From assembly GCA_016839555.1 (NCBI GenBank), contig JAEOUA010000007.1:128001-192000 (forward strand): DNA of 64,000 nucleotides, in the 5' to 3' direction. A program made the translations under genes and the position numbers. Source of the stretch: Promethearchaeota archaeon. GTDB lineage: Archaea; Asgardarchaeota; Lokiarchaeia; Sigyniarchaeales; SOKP01. Under the pieces are notes generated by a model. The model did no database searches, was not told the DNA's origin, and saw only the letters and a list, made by a program, of their open reading frames with translations. Shown in pieces: positions 10,844 through 20,851 of the stretch (its first letter is position 1; the number at the start of each line of letters is the position of its first letter).

Positions 10844-11611
10844 TTAAAAAAGAAATATTTTAATCATTAGAAACAAACTCAAACAAATAATAAAGATACC
10901 AGCTAATGTTTTCATGGATTTTTCTTTTTTAATTTTTTTGGTAGCTAATGCTCCTATGAAAGATGCTGGAACAGCTCCAATTATTAAAAGTAGAGGTAAT
11001 AGGGGATCAAAAAATCCATGAAACAAGATATAGAAAATTAAACTCGTAATACAGATAGGTGCTTCACAAGCTAAAGCCGTTGCTATTGAACTCTTTGTAT
11101 CTCTGCCAGAAACTACTTGTCCTGCCGTCACAAGTGGACCAAACCCACCACCCGAAATTGCTTTATTAAAAGAACTTATTAATCCTATTGCTACTATTTT
11201 ATTCCAAGAAAAACTATATTCCTTTTTTCTAAGCATTAAAGCACCAATAAATAGAACAAGAAATGCAATATAAATTTCAATAATTAGTTTGTTCAGACTA
11301 AATGCTAAAATGACCGAAATAAAAGCTGCAAAGGATCCTAAAATTGAAATAAGTCCACACACTTTCCAATTCATCTCACTATTTTTAGTAAAACTAGTAT
11401 TTTCAAATAGATGATGCGCAAAAGCTCCAGAAAGACCGGTAAAGATCTCTGATAAAAGTATTGAAGGCACAATGTAAAATAGATCTAGACCCAAAATTAA
11501 AAAAAGTGGAGTTAAAATTGTTCCATACCCTCCTCCCAGCGAAGTATCAATAAATTCTAAACCAAAAGCTAAAATTATTATTAGTATTCCTAAAATTATA
11601 TTTATCTCCAT
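10844..11611 (-). CDS. TauE/SafE (TSUP) family anion/sulfite exporter
   Basis: Hydrophobic multi-TM protein with two repeats of the glycine motif (LGGGYG, ISGGGFGP). Confidence 0.85.
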   Translation of the reverse strand: MEINIILGILIIILAFGLEFIDTSLGGGYGTILTPLFLILGLDLFYIVPSILLSEIFTGLSGAFAHHLFENTSFTKNSEMNWKVCGLISILGSFAAFISVILAFSLNKLIIEIYIAFLVLFIGALMLRKKEYSFSWNKIVAIGLISSFNKAISGGGFGPLVTAGQVVSGRDTKSSIATALACEAPICITSLIFYILFHGFFDPLLPLLLIIGAVPASFIGALATKKIKKEKSMKTLAGIFIICLSLFLMIKIFLF

Positions 11612-11962
11612 TTTTCTCAGATGATTTTTTAAGTTTTATTTTATAGTAATTAAGTATCATTAAATCTAATTAAATATAACTATGCTACATTAATATTAAA
11701 AGTTTTCTTTAAATTGAATTCTGATAAAATTTTTTTTATTAATCAATTTTCCATATTGAATTCCTATAGAACAATCAAAAGCTTATTTTTCCCTCTCATT
11801 TATATAATAGATAATTTAATCATATGTTGATTGAAATTAACAACGTATTTTTTAAAATAACATCATTGAGAAGAAATAATTCACTGGATATTTAATATGG
11901 TAAAATATTAATGAAATATGCAAATATAAAATTTTTAAAAATAACTTGTAAAATTAATTAAG

Positions 11963-12763
11963 TTAATAAATGATATTGATAAGACTAAAAATCGAGAGAG
12001 TAATAGCATAGAGCGGGATTATTACTCTCCAAATTTTGTTAGGTATAACTCTTACTAGATATGGAGAGATTAACGCTCCAAAAAATGCTCCCGTAAAGAT
12101 CGAAGGAAGAAGGATAAGATCTATTGTTACACCAGACCAACTTATCAAGAAAAAACTGAATACGCCCATTATAGAAACAAGTCCTTCAGCAAAAGCCACA
12201 ATTGCTCTGGCACTTTTTTCATAAACCCCTGAAAAGATTTGTCCTAGGGTTATAATAGGACCATAACCCCCTCCACTTATTCCCTTATTAAAACCAGCAA
12301 TAGCAGAAAATAATAATAAAAGTCTTGGTTTAACTTTGGATTCTGACTCATTCCTATTCTCATATCCATTTTTTAACCTAACTATTCCTACTCCTCCCAT
12401 AATAAGTACAAGAACCGAAACATAAATCTCAATAATCAATTCTGGAAATTTAATCGCAAAATATGCAATTATAATAGAAATAATAATAGCTATACATCCT
12501 ATTAAAGCAAATAAAAATGCGTATTTAGTTGCATCACTAAAGGGTTTAAATGTAAAATTAATATTTTCAAATTCATGGTCAAAATAAGCAGTTATTAAAC
12601 CAGTTATTGTTTGAGAAATAAGTAATGAAGGAACTATTTGTAGTGAATTGTAACCAAATAAAAACAGTAATGGAGCTAATCCTGTTCCAAAACCCATCCC
12701 AGTTGCTGAGTCCATAGCCGCAAGAAAAAAGGAAATCAAAATTACAATAATAATTAAATCCAT
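11963..12763 (-). CDS. TauE/SafE (TSUP) family exporter, second paralog
   Basis: TGMGFG and ISGGGYGP motifs; multi-TM. Confidence 0.85.
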   Translation of the reverse strand: MDLIIIVILISFFLAAMDSATGMGFGTGLAPLLFLFGYNSLQIVPSLLISQTITGLITAYFDHEFENINFTFKPFSDATKYAFLFALIGCIAIIISIIIAYFAIKFPELIIEIYVSVLVLIMGGVGIVRLKNGYENRNESESKVKPRLLLLFSAIAGFNKGISGGGYGPIITLGQIFSGVYEKSARAIVAFAEGLVSIMGVFSFFLISWSGVTIDLILLPSIFTGAFFGALISPYLVRVIPNKIWRVIIPLYAITLSIFSLINIIY

Positions 12764-12772
12764 ATAAAAGGC

Positions 12773-12928
12773 CTATATAAAGAAATAGAATAATACCATT
12801 ATAAGAAAATATACTAAAATAGCCAATAAAATTTTATGCCAAGTTCGCTTTTTGATCTTCATTCTTTCCTTTAAACTTTTTTGATCCAATGTTTTTGCTT
12901 CATTTCCAATATTAAGGGAATTTGACAT
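12773..12928 (-). CDS. Small tail-anchored membrane protein (51 aa)
   Basis: Manual translation MSNSLNIGNEAKTLDQKSLKERMKIKKRTWHKILLAILVYFLIMVLFYFFI. The stop is 9 nt upstream of the TauE start, and a purine-rich GAGAG lies upstream of its ATG. Confidence 0.55.
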   Translation of the reverse strand: MSNSLNIGNEAKTLDQKSLKERMKIKKRTWHKILLAILVYFLIMVLFYFFI

Positions 12929-13125
12929 AGATTTACTCTCTTTTCTTTAATTCATTTGATTGTATTTAGTTATTATATATAATTATATTTAATTAAAAAC
13001 TATTATCATTTTAAAACTCTTCGATTCTATGAGTAAAATAATAATAGAACTGACTTATTTGAAAATTTTGTTAAATTGAATTTATAAGAGTATTAAGAAG
13101 TAAAATATTAAATATTTAAAAATTT

Positions 13126-14781
13126 TTATTGTTTAAAATTTATTTTCTTTAAGACGGGATATCTTCTTCCGATTCCGAATGCACTAGAACTTACTTTAAT
13201 CGATTGAACTAATTGTCTTCTCTTAAATTCCGCTTTTAAATAAAGATTTTCTACTTTGTCAATTGTTTCAGAACTAATTCCATATTTTTTAAGTTCTGTA
13301 AAATTGGTCCCAATTCCATAATTTATTATATTCTGAAGAATTTTGTCTAAAATAGAATAAGGTGGTAAAGAATCGCTGTCTTTTTGATTTTCTCTCAGCT
13401 CTGCTGTTGGGGCTCTTGTTATAATTCCATTCGGTATTATTTCTTCATTTCGATTAATCCATTCACATATATCATATATTTGCACTTTTAAAAGATCTCC
13501 TGGAATATTTTTTCCTCCACATGTATCGCCATATAATGTACAATATCCAACAGCTATTTCTGACTTATTTCCAGTAGAAACCAGGAGCCAATTATATTTA
13601 TTTGAATAATACATCAATATATTAGCTCGGATTCTTGCCTGCAAATTCTCATCAGCAATATCAAATGAGATTTCTCCTAGCTTATTTTTAAGTGAATCTT
13701 CAAAACTATTGAAAACTTCATCAATAGGATGGATGATATATCGAGATCCAATATTCTCACATAATTTACGTGCTAGATCTATACTTTCTTGAGAAGTATA
13801 TCTTGTTGGCATCATGATATTGGTAACCTTATCTGGTCCAAGTGCTTTAGCACAAACATAAGATGTAAACGCGGAGTCAATACCACCGCTCAAACCTAAA
13901 ACAACTCCATCGAATATATTAATTTTATGAAAATAATCGTATAAATTAAGTGAAAGTGCTTCTATTACCTCTTCTCTCCAATCTTTAGATTTTTCTATCT
14001 CTTTAATATGCTCTTTTTTATCAATATGGAGAGTAATAGATGGAAAATCCTCTTCAAATGCTTTAGCTTTGTAAAAAAGTTGACCAAATTGATTAATAAT
14101 AAAACTTTGTCCGTCATAGACAATCTCATCTAATCCCCCAACCATATTGACATATATTATTGGAATTTGGAATCTTTTTGCTTTCTCGCAAATTATTTTT
14201 TTTCTTATCTCAAATTTATCAATATGATAAGGAGATGCATTGATAACTATTAATAATTCTGCCCCATTTTGAACCAAATTATCCGCAACTTTAATATCAT
14301 AATGTTCATCCCATATATCTTCGCAAATCAAGATTCCAACTTGGACACCTTTAATCTCAATCGGTTTAAATTGTTCATCAAAAGAGAAATATCTGCGTTC
14401 ATCAAATACATCGTAATTAGGTAATAATCGCTTATTTTCAATATATTTGATTTTTTTATTTTCAATTACAAGAGCAGAATTGTAGAATCTCTGAATTTTT
14501 TCCTTTAATTCTTCAGGTTCAGTAAATGTGCCGAGAATTATTGTAGATTCTGTATCTAATTCTGTAATCTCATCAATATATTCCTTATTCTTTTCGCAAA
14601 TCATAGGGTCAAGGATATGATCCATTAATGGATAACCCACTAGAGACATCTCAGGAAATATTATCATATCAGCTTTTTTGTTGGATTTAATGATCTGAAC
14701 AATTTTTTCTGCATTGTATTTTATATCTCCTACAATTGGATTAATCTGTCCGATTAAAACCGTTAATTGTCTGTTTTCCAT
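13126..14781 (-). CDS. nadE: Glutamine-dependent NAD+ synthetase
   Basis: N-terminal nitrilase-type domain (FPEM, NKRLLPNYDVFDERRYF, ICEDIW) plus synthetase domain (GLSGGIDS, ENLQARIR, GNKSE, PTAEL). Confidence 0.95.
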   Translation of the reverse strand: MENRQLTVLIGQINPIVGDIKYNAEKIVQIIKSNKKADMIIFPEMSLVGYPLMDHILDPMICEKNKEYIDEITELDTESTIILGTFTEPEELKEKIQRFYNSALVIENKKIKYIENKRLLPNYDVFDERRYFSFDEQFKPIEIKGVQVGILICEDIWDEHYDIKVADNLVQNGAELLIVINASPYHIDKFEIRKKIICEKAKRFQIPIIYVNMVGGLDEIVYDGQSFIINQFGQLFYKAKAFEEDFPSITLHIDKKEHIKEIEKSKDWREEVIEALSLNLYDYFHKINIFDGVVLGLSGGIDSAFTSYVCAKALGPDKVTNIMMPTRYTSQESIDLARKLCENIGSRYIIHPIDEVFNSFEDSLKNKLGEISFDIADENLQARIRANILMYYSNKYNWLLVSTGNKSEIAVGYCTLYGDTCGGKNIPGDLLKVQIYDICEWINRNEEIIPNGIITRAPTAELRENQKDSDSLPPYSILDKILQNIINYGIGTNFTELKKYGISSETIDKVENLYLKAEFKRRQLVQSIKVSSSAFGIGRRYPVLKKINFKQ

Positions 14782-15040
14782 ATTTATATTAACACTTCCA
14801 CTTAATTAAAAAAATTCATTTATAGCTTATTTATTCTATTATAAAATTTTCATACAAGTTCATATTAATTCATAATTTATGAGGCCTTATTAATATTGCT
14901 TCATAATCCTTATCCGAATTCTATTAAAGAATAATTAAATTTCTCAATGACCTTTATATAATTAATTATATTCTTTTAATCAAACAATAAATATATAAAT
15001 TTTAAAATAAAAATATAATAAAATAATATTGTGTTAATAA

Positions 15041-16276
15041 ATGGCTGAAGCTGATATTGCTTTTGTTTTGATATGCACTGGTTTGGTCTTTATAATGACA
15101 CCTGGATTAGCCTTCTTTTATGGCGGATTATTAAGGAAAAAAAATATTATTAATATGATGGCAATGTGCTTTGTTTCCATTGCGATCGTTTCTATCTTAT
15201 GGTTTTTCTTAGGTTATAGTTTAGCATTTGGTCCTGATATTGGAGGTTTTATTGGCGGATTCGATTATATAGGATTAATCGGAGTAGATTTTCAATCGGA
15301 ATTCGATTTTTCATTAATATTAGGAGATATCTACAGATATTTCTTTCTTGCTCCAACAATTCCTGACATGTTATTTATGGTATTTCAGTTAATGTTTGCT
15401 ATTATTACTGTTGCAATAATTGCAAGTCCATTTTCAGAAAGAGTAAACTTTGGTGCTTTTTGCATTTTTATCTCTATTTGGTTAATCATCGTGTATTCTC
15501 CAATTGCTCACTGGGTGTGGGGAGAAGGAGGATGGTTAAATGTTATGGGCGCACTTGATTTTGCTGGAGGTACAGTTGTTCACATAAATGTGGGATTTGC
15601 CGCATTAGCAGTAGCAATGGTAATAGGACCACGTGCAGGATATCAAAAAGAATCACATGGACCATCCAATATACCTTATGTATTATTAGGAATGGGATTA
15701 TTATGGATCGGGTGGTTTGGTTTCAACGGAGGTAGTGCTTTAGCTGCAAATGGTGATGCTGTTTTAGCAGTATTTAACACGCATATCGCTGCAAGTTCTG
15801 GGGGCATAATTTGGATGTTGATTGAATATTCAAGAACAAAAAAATTCAGTACTTTGGGTCTCGCTTCAGGAGTGCTTGCGGGCTTAGTTGCCATAACACC
15901 AGCAGCTGGATTTGTACAACCATGGGCGGCACTTCTTATAGGAACTATTTCAGGAGTATTTTGCTTTTTCGCACTTTCCCTACGTTCACGCTCGAAAATT
16001 GATGAATCATTAGATGCTATCTCTATTCATGGAACAGGAGGTATCTGGGGTGCAATTGCTACAGGAATATTCGCAAGTATAGGTTCATCTGGATTACTTT
16101 TAGGAAATTTAGTACAATTCTTTATCCAAATACTCGGTGTTGTAGTAACCATAGGATTTTCATTTGGTATAACTTATGCTTTAGCATGGGTTCTTAATAA
16201 AACAATTGGATTTAGAGTACCTATTGAATTGGAATATGTAGGTCTTGATATGTCGCAGCATGGAGAAATAGCATGA
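15041..16276 (+). CDS. amtB: Ammonium transporter
   Basis: MTPGLAFFYGG, DFAGGTVVH, WFGFNGGS and second His in ISIHG. Confidence 0.97.
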   Translation: MAEADIAFVLICTGLVFIMTPGLAFFYGGLLRKKNIINMMAMCFVSIAIVSILWFFLGYSLAFGPDIGGFIGGFDYIGLIGVDFQSEFDFSLILGDIYRYFFLAPTIPDMLFMVFQLMFAIITVAIIASPFSERVNFGAFCIFISIWLIIVYSPIAHWVWGEGGWLNVMGALDFAGGTVVHINVGFAALAVAMVIGPRAGYQKESHGPSNIPYVLLGMGLLWIGWFGFNGGSALAANGDAVLAVFNTHIAASSGGIIWMLIEYSRTKKFSTLGLASGVLAGLVAITPAAGFVQPWAALLIGTISGVFCFFALSLRSRSKIDESLDAISIHGTGGIWGAIATGIFASIGSSGLLLGNLVQFFIQILGVVVTIGFSFGITYALAWVLNKTIGFRVPIELEYVGLDMSQHGEIA

Positions 16277-16281
16277 GGTGA

Positions 16282-16629
16282 ATGAGAATGAAAAAAATTG
16301 AATGTTTTATTAGGGCAGAAAAGCTTGAAATAGTGAAAAAAGCTTTATTCGAGAAAGGAATAAAAGGTATGAGTATTTATGAAGTACGTGGTCATGGTCA
16401 TCAAAGAGGCATGTTGTTAACAGGAAGAGCAGGACAATATTGTGTTGAATGGATCGGAAAACTAAAAATGGAAATTGCTATTAGTGATAAAGTGAATCTT
16501 GATGAAATTATTGATGTTATCATTGAAAATGCTAGAACGGGCAATCCAGGCGATGGAAAAATTTTCATTATTCCTATAGAAGATGCAATCAGAATTAGAA
16601 CCAACCAAAGAGGAGAAGAAATACTTTAA
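16282..16629 (+). CDS. glnK: P-II nitrogen regulatory protein
   Basis: T-loop GHGHQRG...QY, B-loop RTGNPGDGKIFI and C-loop IRIRT; directly downstream of amtB. Confidence 0.95.
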   Translation: MRMKKIECFIRAEKLEIVKKALFEKGIKGMSIYEVRGHGHQRGMLLTGRAGQYCVEWIGKLKMEIAISDKVNLDEIIDVIIENARTGNPGDGKIFIIPIEDAIRIRTNQRGEEIL

Positions 16630-16770
16630 ATACAAAATCTTAATTTTTAACTATTTTTTTTAAAAATCTAAAAAATTACTTTTTTTAAAATGCTGATATT
16701 ATTTTTAAAAAGATAAATTTAAATTATTTTTCTTTTACTCTTTTTATAAAATTTATTATTGTGTAAGTGA

Positions 16771-17151
16771 ATTCATATCAAAAAAACAATTTTCATATTT
16801 GAAAATAATCCAAAAATTCTGAAATTAATTAAGGTAGTCCTGGGTAAGAATCCCGAATACGAGATTAAAACGGAAGAGAGAGGAGATCTTGTCCTCTAAA
16901 AGATAAAACAACAATATCCAATGGTCATAATCTTGGAAATTCAATTAACAGAATAGAGTGGGATTGAACTATGTCGAGAATTACGAATGCTTAATAATTG
17001 TTAAGACATCCTTATAATTGCTTTTATGGCCTTTGCAATGAAAGGGAATATGAAAAAAATATTAGCGATGGGATTCAACGGTTATATATCTAAACCATTA
17101 AACATAAATGTATTAAAAAATTGTGTCCATTCTTATATGAAAGAGATGTGA
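16771..17151 (+). pseudogene. Degenerate single-domain response regulator (CheY/DivK-like)
   Basis: One frame reads KKTIFIFENNPKILKLIKVVL...VL*KIK...IILEIQLTE*SGIELCRELR...C*DILIIAFMAFAMKGNMKKILAMGFNGYISKPLN. It has three in-frame stops, no start codon and Glu at the phosphoacceptor Asp position. Confidence 0.8.
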
Positions 17152-17157
17152 TAAAGT

Positions 17158-18945
17158 ATGAATATCTTTGCAATGTTTTCTTTAAGTGGTGCTATAATTA
17201 CATTTACTCTAGGTCTTTTTATTTATGCTAAAGACTCGAATAAATTATTGAATAGAATTTTTATGTTATTTTGCATTAGTGTTTCTATTCTTAGTTTTTC
17301 TGAATTTGGAATGAGACAAGCTGAAAGTTATGACACCGCAAAGTTTTGGTTTGTCCTAACTGGAATATTCCCTTTATGTGCGTTTTTATTTTTCTATTTT
17401 ACATTGATCTTCTATAAAAAGGATATTTTCAAAAATAAAAAATGGCTTTTTCCAATACTTCTCCCTCTTACTTCAATCATAATTTTTCTAAATTTTACTA
17501 TAACTATTTTTTATAGTAATCCCATAAAAACAAATTGGGGATTTGATTATTCTTTCACTCAAGATGTATTTTTATTTTATCTAACTATTTTAGACTTCTC
17601 TTTCTCAATTGGGCTAATAATTTTTTCAATACTTCTCTATGTCAAGATTTATATCAGTTCAGACGATAAAATAAAGAAAAATCAAGCAAAATTGATATCA
17701 TTTGGGGTAACTATAGCCATTTTAACATTTATTATAATTAGGTTAATAATTCCTATAATAATTCAAACAGATAATATTCCAGATTTGACAATGATGAGTT
17801 TTATTTTTACTTGTATACTTATAAGATATGCAATGTGGAGATATGAATTATTTTCTTTAGACTTAACAACTGCCTCTGAAAGAATTTTTTCTACCATTTC
17901 AGACTGCTTAATTTTAACCAATTCTCAAACCATAATTTTATCGGTCAATCAAGAAGTATTAAAATTACTTGATTATAGAGAAGATGAGATAAAGCAAAGA
18001 CCATTAGCTATTTTACTAGCTTCAGAGCGAGACCAGAAATTATATCAATACCAATACCAGTTGCTCACTGACAAGGAAAATGGAGGGTTCTTAACCGACA
18101 TCGAAGTGGATTTTAAAACTAAAACCAATAATAAAATTAAAGTATCTTTAACCGCCTCTAAAATAATTAATAAAAAAGGAGATTTGCGAGGAATAATACA
18201 TATCGGGAGGAATATTACAAAAACGAGAAAGATACAACAACAACTTGACGAAGCCATTCAAAAATCTCAGTTTAAAACGAAATTTATGGCATCAATGTCC
18301 CACGAGTTAAGAACTCCTTTAAATGCCATTATAGGGTTTGTCGATCTTCTCCTGGAGGATTATTGTGGATCTTTAAATAAATGCCAAAACGACTTTCTTT
18401 CCGATGTCAAACTATCTTCGAAAGATTTACTGGAATTAATCAACAGCCTTCTTGATCTTTCTAAAATCGAAGCGGGTGAATTAGAACTCGAAATTCATAG
18501 CATTAACATAGAAACATTACTGAATCATATTGAAACCATTCTCAAACCATTATGCAGAAAAAAAAACTTAAAATTTAACATTGAGAACTTAACTACTTCA
18601 GAATTCATTAATGCTGATTTAGTGCGGTTAAAGGAAATCTTGTTCAATTTATTAAATAACGCATTAAAATTTACTCAAAAAGGAAGTGTGACCTTGCGAA
18701 TTAAAGAATTATCCAAATGGTTTGAATTTAATGTGATCGATACAGGTATTGGTATTGATGAGAGCGAATATGGTAATATATTTGAAGAATTCAAGAAAAT
18801 CAACAATCCAGAAATTCGAGATTCGCAAGGCATGGGTTTAGGATTAGCCATAACGCAACATTTGGTTAGACTTCACGGAGGGCAAATTTCCTTTTTCAGC
18901 GAAGTTGGAAAGGGGAGCACTTTTGTTTTCACAATACCTAAATAA
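17158..18945 (+). CDS. Membrane sensor histidine kinase (N-terminal multi-TM, PAS, HisKA, HATPase)
   Basis: MSHELRTPLN H-box, NLLNNALKF N-box, DTGIG and GMGLGL G-boxes; about 7 N-terminal hydrophobic segments. Confidence 0.93.
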   Translation: MNIFAMFSLSGAIITFTLGLFIYAKDSNKLLNRIFMLFCISVSILSFSEFGMRQAESYDTAKFWFVLTGIFPLCAFLFFYFTLIFYKKDIFKNKKWLFPILLPLTSIIIFLNFTITIFYSNPIKTNWGFDYSFTQDVFLFYLTILDFSFSIGLIIFSILLYVKIYISSDDKIKKNQAKLISFGVTIAILTFIIIRLIIPIIIQTDNIPDLTMMSFIFTCILIRYAMWRYELFSLDLTTASERIFSTISDCLILTNSQTIILSVNQEVLKLLDYREDEIKQRPLAILLASERDQKLYQYQYQLLTDKENGGFLTDIEVDFKTKTNNKIKVSLTASKIINKKGDLRGIIHIGRNITKTRKIQQQLDEAIQKSQFKTKFMASMSHELRTPLNAIIGFVDLLLEDYCGSLNKCQNDFLSDVKLSSKDLLELINSLLDLSKIEAGELELEIHSINIETLLNHIETILKPLCRKKNLKFNIENLTTSEFINADLVRLKEILFNLLNNALKFTQKGSVTLRIKELSKWFEFNVIDTGIGIDESEYGNIFEEFKKINNPEIRDSQGMGLGLAITQHLVRLHGGQISFFSEVGKGSTFVFTIPK

Positions 18946-19201
18946 AAATAACTAACAAAAATCAATATAACAACTCATTTTCCTTATATAATCAAAAATT
19001 TTCTATAATTAATAGAGATAATGAACTTGACGCAATTCGGGAAAATCATTAATAAAATAATAACTATTATTTTTTCATAGTAAAAAATTAATACGAGATA
19101 TAAAAAAATACGGATTTTTCCATAAGTTCATTAGTAAGTAATATAGATGTTTAATAAAAATTAAAAATAGTCATAATATTTAGAATAAAAAAAAGCAATT
19201 A

Positions 19202-19432
19202 TTATGAAATGTTATTTAAATAAATAGTTAATTTAGCAAAACTTTCTTTTATTTCTGCTTTAAAGCCCATCCCATTTAATACCTCGAGTAAAAATTCTTT
19301 TATAAACTTTTTTGATATATCTGAACCCAATAATAATGTATATCTTGTAGTAGATTCTTTCAGAATTTTAAAAAAATTACAAGTTTCTAATCGTTTCACC
19401 ACAGCGTCAATACTTTTTTCAGTTTCACTAAA
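19202..19432 (-). pseudogene. 3' remnant of a hypothetical gene
   Basis: Protein-like frame (FSETEKSIDAVVKRLETCNFFKIL...) is bounded upstream by TAA and abuts the start of the broken Lrp gene head-to-head, leaving no promoter space. Confidence 0.4.
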
Positions 19433-19448
19433 TTATTTTAAACATATT

Positions 19449-19910
19449 ATGGAGTTAGAAAAATTAGATCTAGAAATTCTAAAAATCTTGAGTAAGGATG
19501 GGAGAAGATCTTTAAGGAGGTTAGCAGAAGAATTAGATAAATCTCCCACCACTATTAAAAAGCATTTGGATGATTTATAAAAAGAAGGTTTTATAAAGAA
19601 TTATGGGGTATCATTAAATTATGACAAATTGGGTTATAAGGAGATTGCATTAATAGAACTTACAATTGATAAAGGAATGATGATCGAGGTGGAGGAAATA
19701 ATCTCTCAAGATCCACATATTTTTGGTGTGTTTGATATAACAGGGGAATATGATGCTGCCATATTAGCTAGATTTAAGACAAAAGAAGATTTGAGCCAAT
19801 TAATAAAAAAAATTAATACTAATGAATTTGTTTTACAAACAAATACTCAAATTATCCTTAATGTGATAAAAGATGGATTGGATTTTTGTAAATTAATACA
19901 AAATGAATAG
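19449..19910 (+). pseudogene. Lrp/AsnC transcriptional regulator with internal nonsense codon
   Basis: ATG at 19449 gives MELEKLDLEILKILSKDGRRSLRRLAEELDKSPTTIKKHLDDL*(TAA 19578-19580)KEGFIKNY..., continuing in frame into ORF 19629..19910. Paralog of 34689..35156. Confidence 0.85.
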
Positions 19911-20027
19911 GAAAAATGAGTTTTAATATTAAAAAATAGTGATTAAATAGATTTTTAATGATAGTTTAAAAAAAAATTGATGGTTATTCAAAAATTAAAC
20001 ATATTCTAAGAAAAATTCATGTGAGTT

Positions 20028-20825
20028 TTAGATGAGTTCTCCACAATAATTCCCTCCAAATGGTCTTTTTGATATGGGTTTGATTACTTTAAAGGGTTTT
20101 TGATCAATAATTTCCCTAGGTATATTAAAAATATTGCAGAATTCATCTAAGTATGGTCTTATTTGCCTTAAATCCTCTTTAGTTACACCAAATATTTTTG
20201 CTCCAATTCCCAATTTTTCTTTTAATTTTTCATTTGTCCGAAGTAAAATCCACCCTCTATGCATTCCAGTACCAAGTTCGCCCCCACAGATCGGTTGATT
20301 ACTTTCTATTACGCTTCCATCGGAGAGGGTTTTTAAACCTAACACAATAATTATCCCTCCAGCCATATATTCTCCTAGAAAATCTTTCGCAGTTCCTCCT
20401 ATGATTAAGATTGGATGTTTATGTTCGTATTCTTTGATATGGATACCTACTCGATAACCAACATCATTTTTAATAAAAATTTTTCCTCCCCTCGCAGATA
20501 ATCCAATTACATCTCCACAATCTCCGTGAATAATCAAATTTCCATCATTCATTGTATTTCCTGCTTGATCTTCACAATTTCCATTAACGATTATGGTTGG
20601 CCCATCCATAAAGATTCCTAGATCATTTCCAGGTAAACCGTTGATAATTATTTCTATATCTCCTTGTAAAGATGCTCCAATAAACCGTTGTCCACAAACA
20701 TTATTGAGGATAATTTTGTCTTTTCCCTTATCTAATGCTTTATGAATTTGTTCATTTAGATTTTTATAACCTAAAGGTTTTCCATTAGGTATTGCATCTA
20801 TTTCTATTACATTATTATTTGACAT
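20028..20825 (-). CDS. Glutamate synthase GXGXG beta-helix subunit (GltB domain 3)
   Basis: GQRFIG, GNDLG, GNTMNDG, GYRVG and GEYMAGG repeats; last gene of the split-GltB operon. Confidence 0.9.
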   Translation of the reverse strand: MSNNNVIEIDAIPNGKPLGYKNLNEQIHKALDKGKDKIILNNVCGQRFIGASLQGDIEIIINGLPGNDLGIFMDGPTIIVNGNCEDQAGNTMNDGNLIIHGDCGDVIGLSARGGKIFIKNDVGYRVGIHIKEYEHKHPILIIGGTAKDFLGEYMAGGIIIVLGLKTLSDGSVIESNQPICGGELGTGMHRGWILLRTNEKLKEKLGIGAKIFGVTKEDLRQIRPYLDEFCNIFNIPREIIDQKPFKVIKPISKRPFGGNYCGELI

Positions 20826-20851
20826 AATTATTTCCTCTCCTTTTTTTCTTA

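Noticed and set aside
16771-19910. In-frame TAA/TAG as possible stop-codon recoding
   Set aside because: Intact genes across the window end in TAA, TAG and TGA, and the affected genes show other signs of decay.
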